Positions 40,848 to 52,835 of a stretch of 64,000 bases of DNA are shown here, piece after piece. Below the pieces are notes generated by a model. It had not been told where the DNA came from, made no database searches, and worked only from the letters and a program-made list of their open reading frames with translations. Numbering within the stretch: the first letter of the stretch is position 1; every line of letters starts with the position of its first letter. This stretch comes from Camelus dromedarius (taxonomy: Eukaryota), in assembly GCF_036321535.1 (NCBI RefSeq), contig NC_087437.1, positions 40,302,001 to 40,366,000 on the forward strand. Direction: 5' to 3'. Position numbers and translations under genes: made by a program.

Positions 40848-42688
40848 CATTTTATTTTAATTGTTACTTATTATTTAGACATTTTCTCAACACTTAAATT
40901 TGTAAAATTAAGACCATTTAAGGGTGTTTTTAGAGAAATGGAAGTTTCATAACCCACAGAACACCTGTGATCTTTCTACAGCAGCTTCAGTTTTGTGCCA
41001 ACATTCCATGTATTTGAATATGAGTTAAAACGATCCTTATTAAATAAGAGCAGACTTAAAGTAGCTGTTTGTACGCCTTAATGTTCATTTGATTTTTCTT
41101 AAATCTCTACATTCAGAAATGGGGTACTGTATTTTCAGACCAGAGGACTGCTATGAAAGATAATTTACTGTTCTAAAATATCAATTTAAAATAAAGAACA
41201 TAAAAGAAAACATAGAGAACCATTGGACTCTAATTGCTTTAAACTAGTTTTGCAGTTTGATTTCATGTCTTGCAAACCTTAGTTCAAATCTTTACAGAAA
41301 ATCTTGTGTTTACTTATAAGCATAATCATTCCTTGGAGTTATACCCTTAAATGATAATGAATATTAAATTATTTTCCTTCAGTCACAGTGAGAGCATTTT
41401 GCTTTGTAGTTGAAATAGATGGTATGTATAAGTCTTTCTTTAGGCTTTTCCCATCTGAGTGTAGACTAAGGATATTAAATTTTTCTAATTGTGAAGAAAC
41501 ACACTTTCTGTATACTGACACATTTTGTTAAACATGGCTTGTTTGCTTCTTCATAGTATTCCTTGTAAGTGGACAGAAATGTGGCTTTTTGATGTTAATG
41601 CAACTCTGTCAAGGCTGCAGTCAATCACTTTGTTTCCTCCTAGCAGATGTTCATTGATTTAAGTGCCTGGGTGTTTTCCCCTCACATTTTCAGAGCCTGC
41701 TGCTTTATTTCCACAGTAAGGGATGCATAATTATACCTTCTGAGCTTCTTAATTACCAGTAGCATTAATACCTATTTTGGGATATGATAATGGTACCAAA
41801 AGTATTTTTCAGAAATAAAAGTGATTTAACCTTTACTGCTATGATAATGCCCAGGCACTCAATATTTATCCTTAAGCTCTTTATAATATATACACTATAT
41901 CTGATCTTAAAGACATTTGGAGCATGGCAGGAAAGTCAGCTTCTTATTGATATTTGTGGATTCTTAAAGGACATCAGTGCAAACTTTTATAAATATTTGG
42001 TGGTCCCTGGAGGGGAAATGTCACGCTTACTGTGGTTGGAAAGCAAGTTAGAAATTTCAGCTCTTTTACTATTCAAGATTGTATACTTTAAACAAAAAAA
42101 TTAAAAGGCTGCCACTATTACATTTCTCAGAGTAAATAGATGGCTGTCTTTGTTGACTAACATTATTCTTAACGCCAGAGCATGGAAAATTGTTTACATT
42201 AGTCAGTGGAATGGTGATTTTTTTTAAAAAAGAACTTCAGGTTTGCTGTGCTACTGTAAATAGAAGCATGAAGCTTTTGGGTAATGTAGGATTTATTGTG
42301 GAGTGGGTATAAATAGGCCTAACTAATAAGCAAGATTGAATTAACCGAGTCCAGATAATAATAATGCATTTGTGATTGTGAAGTCAATGTATTAAATACT
42401 GTTTTTCCCTTTTCCCTCCTACTGATTTTTTTAATTTTCAAATTATATGGCCTTCTAGACAACTTTAATTGAAATAATTTGGATTTAGCCAAATATTATC
42501 AAAAAGTAATAAATTTTAATGTATCACATTGAAATTATGCAGTAGTAATGGGTTTTAATGTTTTTCCCTCTTCTGGTTTTACATTATGTGTACCAATTAG
42601 CTGCTAACTGTATAAAAATCATCTTGTGTCTTTTGCAAATTGAATTTTCTTTTTTGAATCTTTATTAGGAACTGGAAAACAGCAAGTA

Positions 42689-44155
42689 CAGTTGATTGTC
42701 ATTATTCGTGGTAGTTAGAGTCTATAAAGTCACCACCAACACGGGATTAGCAAATACTGAACCATTGCTCCTAGTGGAAATACTGGGGCTATTCTGTTAG
42801 CTCTCGCCACATTTTCATCAATTAATCAATACATAAACTTGTTTTAGGTGTCCTTCTGTTTTGTTGATTTACTATATGGTCAACAGCACCATAACTTTGT
42901 GCCTGACCCAAGCTTGTCTAACACGTGCTTTCTCCATAAGGCCCATTCCAGCCTTCTAGTACTTAGGAACACTAGGCAGCATTTTGGCAGTACATTTGGG
43001 GGCCTTTATTTGTTGTGCATGAATAATTCAGAAATGATGCTGTACACAGCAGAAGGCGCATAGTTTCTGGCCTACATATGTCCCACTATTGATCATGACA
43101 AGATTAAACAGTAGGTTTGAGTGGTGACAGACTAATTCCTCCATTGTAATGTTTTCTTCCTAGTGATTAACACATAATCAGTGAAGTGATACTTTGGCAT
43201 CATGGGAAAATCCAGTTTCCCGTCAGCTCTTCACCCAATTATTTATAAATCCATTGATGATTTTGGCTTGAATCAGTTATTTCAGTATTATGGTGAGGAA
43301 GATGGTGGTTTTTCTCATTTCTTCTTCAGGTTTGGCTGGCATTCTTCTGAAAGAACTTTTCCTCATCTACTGTGCCTGTTAGCTTTTTGTTTTGTGTTCA
43401 TTTTTATCAACAGGAGTCTAGATTGCTCAGTTTGTTGGCTGCAGGAATCCCGGGTTGGGGGGTACTAAGCTGGCAGGTGATTGGTGGACAAAAGTGAGTC
43501 TTTCTCTCTGGTAGTCTAGTTGTAACTAGATTGCTTTTTGGGTATGTTGAAGGTATGTTGACAGGCTAGTGGACAGCAGCCTTGATCTGCCTGCTTCCTA
43601 TCGGAGGCCTCCTGCCAGAGGGATAGATGCCAACTCTGAAGCCACCCACCTCGTTTAAAGGTAACTAGCTGGTGTTTTATTTCTTCCCACACACACGGAA
43701 GGAAAGCCACTTCTTTTCACTTACCTGCTATGGCTCTCTTTGTTGCAGGCACTATGTAAAGTGCTTTCTGTGCACTAACTCAAGGAATATTCACAATTAT
43801 TATAATTATTTTTTAGTAGGTACTGGGAATTGAACCCAGGACCTCGTGCATGCTAAGCACACATTCTACCACTGAGCCACAACCACCCTCCTGGGGGCCA
43901 TTTTAAACAGCAAAATCACCAATAAAAATACAAAAATGCAAAAAACATAGTACTTAGTAGAGCAAAGTACACTTGTTTACAATATGAGAGCAGAACCAAG
44001 AACACAGCATGTCACCTTGTCAACCTCAACTGAACATACGCCTTGGGCAAGTCAAATTTTTCGCCACTGTGTGTGTGACTATGAAAGCACCATGAAAATT
44101 TTAAAGAACAGACAAATTTGCAAACACAGAATCCACAAATAAGGAGGATTGACCA
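42689..44155. mobile_element. MER82-like (TcMar-Tigger) transposon in two halves, 42689-43004 and 43892-44155
   Basis: ta|cagttgattgtcattattc ... gaggattgacca|ta inverted termini with TA flanks. The remembered consensus ...cttgggggccattttaaacagcaaaatcacc... is interrupted at tgggggcc. Confidence 0.8.
43806..43891 (-). mobile_element. tRNA-Ala-derived SINE (camelid vic-1-like)
   Basis: The reverse complement, gggtggttgtggctcagtggtagaatgtgtgcttagcatgcacgaggtcctgggttcaattcccagtacc, has an A box, an AGC anticodon arm and a B box, followed by an A-rich tail. Confidence 0.85.
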
Positions 44156-45356
44156 TACTTAACTGTGTTATTAAGTTGTGACATTTATCTGCCTGATCTA
44201 CAGAATAGAATTTATTGCTGAATCATGCTCTAGTATTTCCATAACGTTTTGAATATCTACTCTGTCTGAAAGTAAATACTTAGTTCCTGATTGTATGTGG
44301 TAGTTTCCTTTTACTCTGTTTCAGCAATAGTTCAATTCTTTGTCCATTCATTCAGTAATACCAGGCACTTACCATGTGCCAGAATTTTAGGCATAGCCAT
44401 GAATTAAAAAAAAATACATATATTTTGCCCTCTTAGACCACCAAACACTGTGAAAATTGCTATGGTAGGCATTTGTCAAATGTCTACCTCTCCAGTTCCG
44501 CTCTGCTCTCTAACCCCAAAAGACTGATGCATAGGCCACAGCAATGGGCTCCTTCGCCCCTTAGCTTCTGAGTGGGTGTCCTAGGGAGTGTCCTGGCCGG
44601 AGATGTGAGGATGGTCAGAGTACCTCTTCTCTCAGCTCTCCCGCAGTGGGCTGCCTCAATAGTCAGAGGTCACCACATCCTCCAGACTTGCCTTCACTAC
44701 TTGGATTTGCCACTCCCCTTCTGGCCAAGGGGTGATGTCGGTCTGCTGCTTCTAGCCCGGAGTTGTTGAAGCTATTGTGTTTCCTCTCGTGGCTCCCTTA
44801 CACCCACGTCTTTGTATAGTATCTCCTCAAAATTTATTAATTTAAGAACCATCTGCTTCCAGTTAGAACCAAGACCAGTAAACCAAAGAGAAATTCCTAG
44901 AGAACAATTCTGATGAAGAGTTTGCCTCTTTTATGGATCCTTGTCACCAAACATTAGAAAGGATCTCACAGCGTTACAGACCATATCCTAAGAGTTATGA
45001 TAACCAAAATCCTATGCTAGTGGATATGTCTGCAGGCAACCACACAAAGAAATGAAGTTTTCTTCCTTAGCAATCTCTTAAGCCATTGTCTGCAGCATTT
45101 AGTTTTAAGTTTTTGAGTAGGTCCAAATGCATTTACTTCACTTTTCCAACCAAGCCCAGAGACCCTTTGAAACTAAAGAAAATCACATAGCTTTTCCATT
45201 CAGATAAAGTTTTCAGAGAGAGCATCTTAAGTTTGTAGGTTTAGGATTGTCCAAATGGCTGATAATCTCTATCTCAGCATGACAGAAAGAGCAGGATGGG
45301 CTGAGTTTCTCTGGAGTCAGATCACCATACTTTGGTCTCATCTTGTTTTAAGCAAA

Positions 45357-45808
45357 TGCCTAGATCACTTCAACTTTTTTGTGTCATGGATCCTTTCTCA
45401 GAATAATGTTTTTAAATGCAGAAAGTAACATGCATGGGATTACAAAGAAAACCAATTATGGTGAAGTGTAAGTTATCAAAAGTGTGTTACAGTAATGTAT
45501 ATGTTCATTTAATAACCAGGTCTAGCAGAGAGGTTAATAACTGCTATGGCATTGAAGTAGCATGAACAATATATTGAGATCTGCTACAACTGTAATGAGA
45601 TATGAAAAGACTTCATTTCTATTACTGACAAACTTACTGTTAATACCTGAAACAACTCTGATTTGTTGTATGCATTTATAATCAAAGGAAATACTAAATT
45701 TCAGTAACAGTCTAGTGAAAAAACTTTTTTTCCCATCCAAGTTCACATATCCTCTGAATTCTATCAGATCCCTTAGACGTCTGTGGACTCTAGGTTAAGA
45801 ACCCCTGA
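45357..45808. mobile_element. hAT-Charlie non-autonomous DNA transposon (Charlie4-like)
   Basis: Ends in ggttaagaacccctg; internal ctcagaataatgtttttaaatgca...ggattacaaagaaaaccaattat resembles Charlie consensus. Confidence 0.7.
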
Positions 45809-46021
45809 CATAGCTAATCGGATACACCAATATTTCTAACAGGAATATAATATCATATTCAAAGGCCAGTGATAATTTAGCATAATTTAGTATTTAATGT
45901 TACCTACATCTCATGTCTACTTCACTGACAGAAATTTAGCAAGTTCCATGTGTTGCGTGATGTTTATTTTAAATTGGTTGTATCTGATTCCTAAACCAAA
46001 ATTTCAGATTTTTCATAGGAA

Positions 46022-46117
46022 CTTTTCATTTATTTTTATTTTTTATTTTTATTATTACTGAAGTGTAGTCAGTTAGTGTGTCCATCTCTGGTGTACCACA
46101 TAATGTCCCCGTCATAC
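46022..46117 (-). mobile_element. Short, older L1 3' tail
   Basis: T-rich tract followed by actgaagtgtagtcagtt...ctggtgtaccacataatg; flanked by tcataggaa at 46013-46021 and 46118-46126. Confidence 0.65.
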
Positions 46118-46607
46118 TCATAGGAAGCCTGGCAAGGTCTTTTCCATACTGAGTTATCTTTCAGTCATTCAACAAGCATGTGTGGGGTAATGACTATTTG
46201 CCACGCATTGTGCAATCACTGAACTCAAGGAGCTAGTTTAGGTGAGGAAGAGACAAGTACTTATGCAAATAGTTGCAGCAATGTAGTGTGACGTCAAGAG
46301 TATCTGTGACATGCTTACGGGATCATATAAATCAACACCCAGCCCAGACAGAGAGGGTCAGGAAAGGCATCCCGTAGACGTATCATGAACTAGATCTTGA
46401 AGGAGGAGTTGGCACAGGTAAGGAATAGAGGAAGGCTATTTAGGGCCATTCCAGCAATGTATGCAAAATAAGAACAACAGAGCGAGTCTGGCAAGTTCCT
46501 GGAACTGAAAATAGTTCAGATAGAGCTAGAAAACAAATCTGGAGAGCTGTGAAGCATGACCAGAGGTGGGACAGCCCACAGGTCCAGCCAGCTGCCGTGC
46601 TGCCGCC

Positions 46608-46795
46608 ATCATCATCCTTGTGTCCTGCATCACCTGTAGCAAGATCGTCAGCAACAAGTGAGAGGCCTGCCTGGGGCTGCTGCAAGCCAGGCACCCCCAG
46701 GAGGATGCCCTGGACACACTGGGCCTGAAGCGTGCTGCAGCCTGCATGCTGCACCTGACGAGAAGCTGCTCAGTTATGCGCCCCTGGAGAAGTGA
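46608..46795 (+). pseudogene. Processed pseudogene of RNA polymerase subunit RPB10/RPABC5 (POLR2L-like)
   Basis: Manual translation gives [40 protein letters not shown]...EKLLSYAPLEK*, versus remembered POLR2L [45 protein letters not shown]...EKLLNYAPLEK*. ATG is mutated to ATC after gccgcc, W18 is TGA at 46659-46661, there are indels near 46732-46760, and there is no intron. Confidence 0.92.
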
Positions 46796-49700
46796 TGGTG
46801 CTGGAGCCCTGACATGGTTTGGGTAGAATCCCTTCCTTTGGGGAACACTCCTTCCCCTTCTGTAGGCTCCTCATTCCATTCTAGAGTGACTAGTCCCACA
46901 GAAGAGCACATGAACCAACCCAGAGCAATCCAAGCCCTCTCTTCAGGATCTAGACTTCGAAGGACCAAGTGGGTATGGAGACAGTAATGGCTGTGTTTCC
47001 TCCAGGTAGACCAAGTTTGCCTCGAAATAAAACCAACACAACAAAAGGAGAACCAGGAAAGATAAGGCATGATACTGTCTTGGAACTCCTGGATCTAGCC
47101 CTACCTAAAGCTAACCTTGGGCTTTTGAGTTACATGAGTGAACAATTCCACATTTTTGCTTAAGCTATTTTATGAGGCCTGTCACTGGAAACTGAAAGAT
47201 GACTGACTTACACAGGATAGTAAGTATGAACAGTGACAATGAAGTACCTTTGGAGGGAATTAACCAAAGCGGGGAAGTGTCACAGTCAAATTTGCATCTT
47301 AGACTATGCTAACCACATGGAAATGGGCTGATGGGGCAAGTCTAGAGGGAAGGAGAAGATGTGGCTTTTGGAGCGACCATCAAGTTCTCTGAATATTTCT
47401 AATGGTTCTTAAATTTACATGTTCTAACCACAGCTTCCCTCTTTTTTTAAAATAAAAATTATTTTTGTATTACATAAAACTCAGAAAGTACTTAAAAGTA
47501 AAAATAAGGAAGTACCCTCCAAGGACAACCACTGTTAAAACTTACGTTTATAATTCTAAACTCTTACGTGCGTGACTGTCCATGTGTTCACTGAGGTGGA
47601 AAATGTATTAAATGAGGTCATACCATACGTACCTTGCACTTAGAATATGCAAAAATTACTGTTCTGGAAAAAGAACATCTCATGTGAAATCACAGAGAAT
47701 ATTTTTCCAGAAGAACAAATCTTCAACCAGCTTATGGTTTTAAATTGTATTTCTGGTCATCAGTTTCAAGCTTCAAAATGTGAACTTTATGTTAACCTAA
47801 GACTGAATATACACACAATGCATGTTACAAAGATTTCACATTACAATGTGTTTGATGATCAGCGTAAGAAGGGATTAGAAGATGTAATGATTAACACTCC
47901 CATATCATCACCTCTTACAATTATAGTACTTTGCAAAGAAAAAGTAGAGATTACTAATAATTAGTCTGGAACTGGGGAAAAGAGCCATGATTATATAGAA
48001 GTGGTCTGCATTTATAAAGAGTGTCTGTACAGTGTCTGTCAGAGCTCACGACTGGAAAGAGCTATTGGAGGCTCCGCAAGTCAGACAGATGGCATCTTGA
48101 TCCGGCCCTCTAGTTGCATACACTCTGCAAGATTTACAAGATTGAAACTCTTTATTGACTTTTTTTCTCACTGTTAAATAAAAGAACTCTCAGAGTTCTC
48201 CCTTCTTCAAACTTCTGTACATTTGCTTCTACCTCACCCTCCATCCTGCCCCCAACTTAGTCTCTTACCAAAGGACAGATTGCAAATTTTATTTCTTAAA
48301 AACAGCATATGCAAGGACTCTGAAGATGTCGAGTGCTTCCCTCAGTCTCCAACCAAAGTGACTTATTAAATAACAGTATTGGAGAGGAGCATGGAATGTT
48401 TGTTTTAAAAATCCATCAACAGCAAGGCACTATTATAAATGGATAGTTTCCCTACAGCAGGGGGACCAAGTCCTGGGACATAAGCTCAAATTTTCAGCCC
48501 CATAGCCAACTCACATCCTTTATTCCACTCTATGCAGAGTGGGAGGAGTGTGGTGACAAGTACGGGCAGAAGGAATGTCATTTAGACTCCCAGTGTAGAC
48601 CATACACTCCTTTTTCAGGAGGCAGTTTTCTGCAGCACCCAGGAGGTAGGTCATCTGGAGAATCATGAAACTGGGAGAACTGATTCATCGTCCCTTCTTT
48701 TCTTCATTCACCAACATGTAATGAGCCCCTACCGTGTACTAAACAATGAAAATACAACCTGGGGACCTGTAGTTCCTACCCCCAAGCAGCTCACAGTCCA
48801 GGGAAGGCGCAGGCAACCAGCCTCTGCCCATACAAAAACGCACGGTGCAGCAGGAGATCCGTCTTCTACCCTAAGAACACATTCTCTGCCATATGAACAT
48901 TTTCAGTCTTGTCGGGGGAGATAAGGCAAAGACAGAGCCGAACCCTGTGTGCCATGGAGACAAAACATGGTGCTGTGGGGCTCAGAAATCAGAACGGAGA
49001 GACTGGGGAGGCAAAAAGGGAAGACGGATGGGATAGCCCTTATCCAACAAGCAAGGTTTTAGTGCTGCAATCACTCATACCCTGTGCTTCCTTTTCACCA
49101 TTGACAGAGGCTTTCCAAAATTGGGAATATTGCCCTCCAGGAGCTTACAAATCCAAGTGAAAAATAACCACTCACTGTTGGAGTGGACAGGAAAGGAACA
49201 AAAGAGTAACTCCTTGGGCCTCTTTGTGATGATAGAGGCTTCCAGCACAGAGCCTTCATATCTGGGACAACATCAAAGAAGCATTTATTTCTTAAGTATC
49301 TCGTGCTGATCATAGCTAAAGTTAAACCTGCTTAAAGTAAAATCCATCAGGATCCTCATTTTGTTTACCCTATCCTACATGACAAAGAGGAGACAACCCA
49401 AGACACTGTTGTGCTGCTGAGAATGATTCCATTTCCTTGCTGGTGACTGATTTTTTTTTCTTGATACAACATGTAATTATGGGAATTTTTTCCAAACACA
49501 CTTGTACTATAAAATTCAGTCCCTCTTATAGAAACATAAGATCCCCTGCAGGTCAAGGCAGCAAAGAACTGTGTATTTAAAGAAGGGGGTTTGCTTTAAT
49601 GTTGTATGTGACCAACTTCCTGTTGTGTCTTAATGTTCTGTTGCTGGAACAGCTTAATTGGATAATTAAGAAACACACATTCACAGCAAACATTTTAAAC

Positions 49701-52700
49701 TAAACTTTTTTAAAATACAATGTAGCATTCCTAAAGAAAAGTGTACAAATCCTAAGTGTGTGGCTAAATGAATTACCACAAAGTGAACACACCCGTGTGA
49801 CACCAGTTAGACCAAGAAGTAAATGCCAGCTCCCGGAAGCCCCCGGTGCCCCCACTCAGCCACCTGCCTCTTCCCCTCCCCACCGTGTTCACGTCTGCCT
49901 GCTTTAAATGTCCTATAAATGGAATCATCTGTACTCTTCTATGCTGGACTTTTCAACATTGAGGGATCCATATTGTGTAGAGCAGAAGCTCCTTCACTGT
50001 CTTTGCACAGATGATCAGTCGCATCCTGGATGGGAGAGAGGACCACACAGATGAGTGGGGATATTTCCCTCTGACCGGGACTCCCAAGTGCAACTCCATT
50101 TCCTCATCTGCCCCATCTAACATTGGATGAACAGAGCCACCGTCATCCACTGAGGGTGGATTCCTGGCTGGAAGAATCATTTCCTGAGAACTCTGACAAT
50201 TAAACCTCAATCCCTGTTAAGAATTTTTCTGTTCCCTTCCTGTCAATTCAGTGAATACTTGCTGAGCACCCCCGTGTGTAAACCCCTGTGCTGTGTGAGT
50301 GCTGCAGGGGTAACAACCCCAAGAAGGAGCGATGAGACAGGACACAGATAACTGTCATTCAAGGGCACAGTCTGATTAGAGGGGAGAAGAGAGATACAAT
50401 GTGCTTTGGGAATTTTAGTCAGAGGAAATCACATTCAGGAGTCAGAAAAAGACCAGCTGTTGTCAAAACTGCTGTACTAAAAAAAAAAATGAAGTGCCTT
50501 AATGTTATGTTTGATGGGCAGTTCAACCAGATGGAATCAAAAGACATATAATAAACTTTTCAGGCATTTATGACACCAGCACATGTTGTTCGTAGCAAAA
50601 AGTAACACACAGAAGAGAAGATACAGCGTGTGCCTTTTGGGTAAAAACAAAGAGGGGAGGGAGTGAATATAACAACCTACATTGGTACTTTATTTTCTGT
50701 GCATAAAGAAACTCTGGAAGGGTGTCTTTAGGGGTGGGGAGGAGAGGAGAGACTGGGCCGATGCAAGATTAAGAGGGAGATTTGTAAACCTTTTATAACT
50801 TCTAATTTTTGAACATGTGAATATAATACAACATTAAACTTGAAGGGAAAGAAAATGCTCTTGAAGACTCCTAAGGTATAGAAGCTCCACACAGCACTCT
50901 TGATTTCCTCCCTTCTGTCTCTCTAGGCCAAAGCTCTGTTAGTCAAACACAGTCCATCTCCTCCACTCTGACTGGGAGGCAGAATGGCAGAGTCAAGAGG
51001 CTTTTTAAAAATACTTCAGTAAGTCAAGGGACATTTTTGAAGCAGAATGAATAGAATCTGGTGGCTAATTATACACGGAGACAGAATGACAGAATTCCCA
51101 GTTGGCTAGTTGTGACTTGAGGTCAGTAAGGGGTGCAGCCCTGCAGGGATGGACAGTAACGTTCCACTTGGGTCATGCTGGTGTTGAGGTGTTCATGGGA
51201 CTTAGGCCCAGAATCAAGGCTGGAGCCAGAAATTAGGGTCACATTTGGAGCTAAGGAAATACATGTACTCTCTTGAGGGAGTGGGCTTATTAATATATAT
51301 ACCAGGGAAGGAATTTAGGGATCCCCAATATTGAAGAGGTAGGTAGAGGAGGAGTGGCCAGAAGCAGAGAAGAACTAGAAAAAGTCCCATCCTGGATGCT
51401 GAGGGAAGAGAGAAGTTCAAGAAGGCGGGAGGTGGGGGATTGGTGGCTGATGGTGATGAATGATGCTGAGATAAAGTAGAATGAAGGCTCCAAAGAGGCT
51501 GTTTGGCTTAGCAGTTGGGAGAGGCTGTACTTACTCAAATACCTTACTATTCTGAGGACTCTGCCTCTCACTAAAAAGCTGAGAGATAAGGTTAAATAGC
51601 TCTCCTCCCTGACCTCTGGGTGAGAGGTCAGAACCCTGACCCAAGCTCAGCTAGAAAGATGCTCCCACCCAGGACCTTGACCTTTGGAAGAGTGATGCAA
51701 GGAGTTGGGACAGTCAGATCAATCAAGCAGAGGTGTGACAGGAGGACTGAGTGGCAGTGAAGCCCTGGGTAGCCTGTTCTGGTGGCTGGGTTCTAGGCTG
51801 CCCGATTTCTTGGTTCCTACCTGTTTTCTAAGCACACTTGTCCCGTTTTCTCTTCAGTCTTGGGAGCTATTCAACATCCTTCCTCATCAATCCCATTTCT
51901 TCTTCCTCTAACAAGAATTGGTTCAGTTCTTTATAACCAAGAACTCTGAGATATACTGAGATCTCAGAAGAGGCAATTTTGGAAGAATATTGGGAACAGA
52001 AACCAGCTTGCCGTGGGTTAAACTGGAGTGGAGAATAAGAATTCTTAAAAAGGATGAGGAATTAAGGGAGGGATGAAGACACTTGAGAGAGAAGCAAAGT
52101 GAACAGGTTAGTTGTTGGAAAAGGAAGGTCGAGTACGTTTGTAGGCTGAAGGACAGAAGCCAGTAGAAGAAGCCATTGGAATAAATTCCTTCCTTATCTG
52201 GACGGTTAAGGTCTCCGTAGTATGATTCCCACCTGGCTCTCTAGACTCAATTCCCAGTACTCTCTCTGAGTAAGACAACTGGGACCCTTACTGGTCTCCA
52301 CAGCATGCCCATTGTCCATCTTTGTTTTTTGTTTGTTTTTAACTCAGCATATAGCATTTCCCTGGAATATTTCCACAGATCCATCCTGTTGATCCCAGTG
52401 GGTCACCAAGGCTCAAACACCATCTCAAAGCCTTTCTTGATGAAGTAAGCATAATGTTGATTACATTCTTGCGCAAGTTCTCTTTGTTATTGTCATCTAG
52501 TAATAAAACAGTCACAGAGCAGCACCACTCCTCAGACCACACTTTGGGTAGCACACTGGTCTAAACCACAGGCAAGAGTATCTTTAAGGAGAAGGAAGGT
52601 TGTATCTTCTTCTGCCAGGACCTGGTGCGTGGTCTAGAGCCTCGCCCCTCCCAGGAAAGAGCAGTCCAGTCTTCTCTCAATTATCTCAAAGTACATAAAA

Positions 52701-52835
52701 GATACCAAAGTAAATATCCCACAGCAAGTTTGACTAAAGACTTCTTTTCTCATATTCTCTAAGTCTGCACAGCTTTTGTTTTTGCTTTACTTTTTATTGA
52801 AGTATAATCTACACACAATCATAAATGTACAGCTC

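Noticed and set aside
43819..43891. Possible tRNA-Ala(AGC) gene (also at 56878-56960)
   Set aside because: The acceptor stem is degenerate, an A-rich SINE tail follows and the insertion context is retrotransposon-like, so these are tRNA-derived SINEs.
46440..46754. Minus-strand ORFs of 104 and 73 aa
   Set aside because: Antisense shadows of the GC-rich POLR2L pseudogene.
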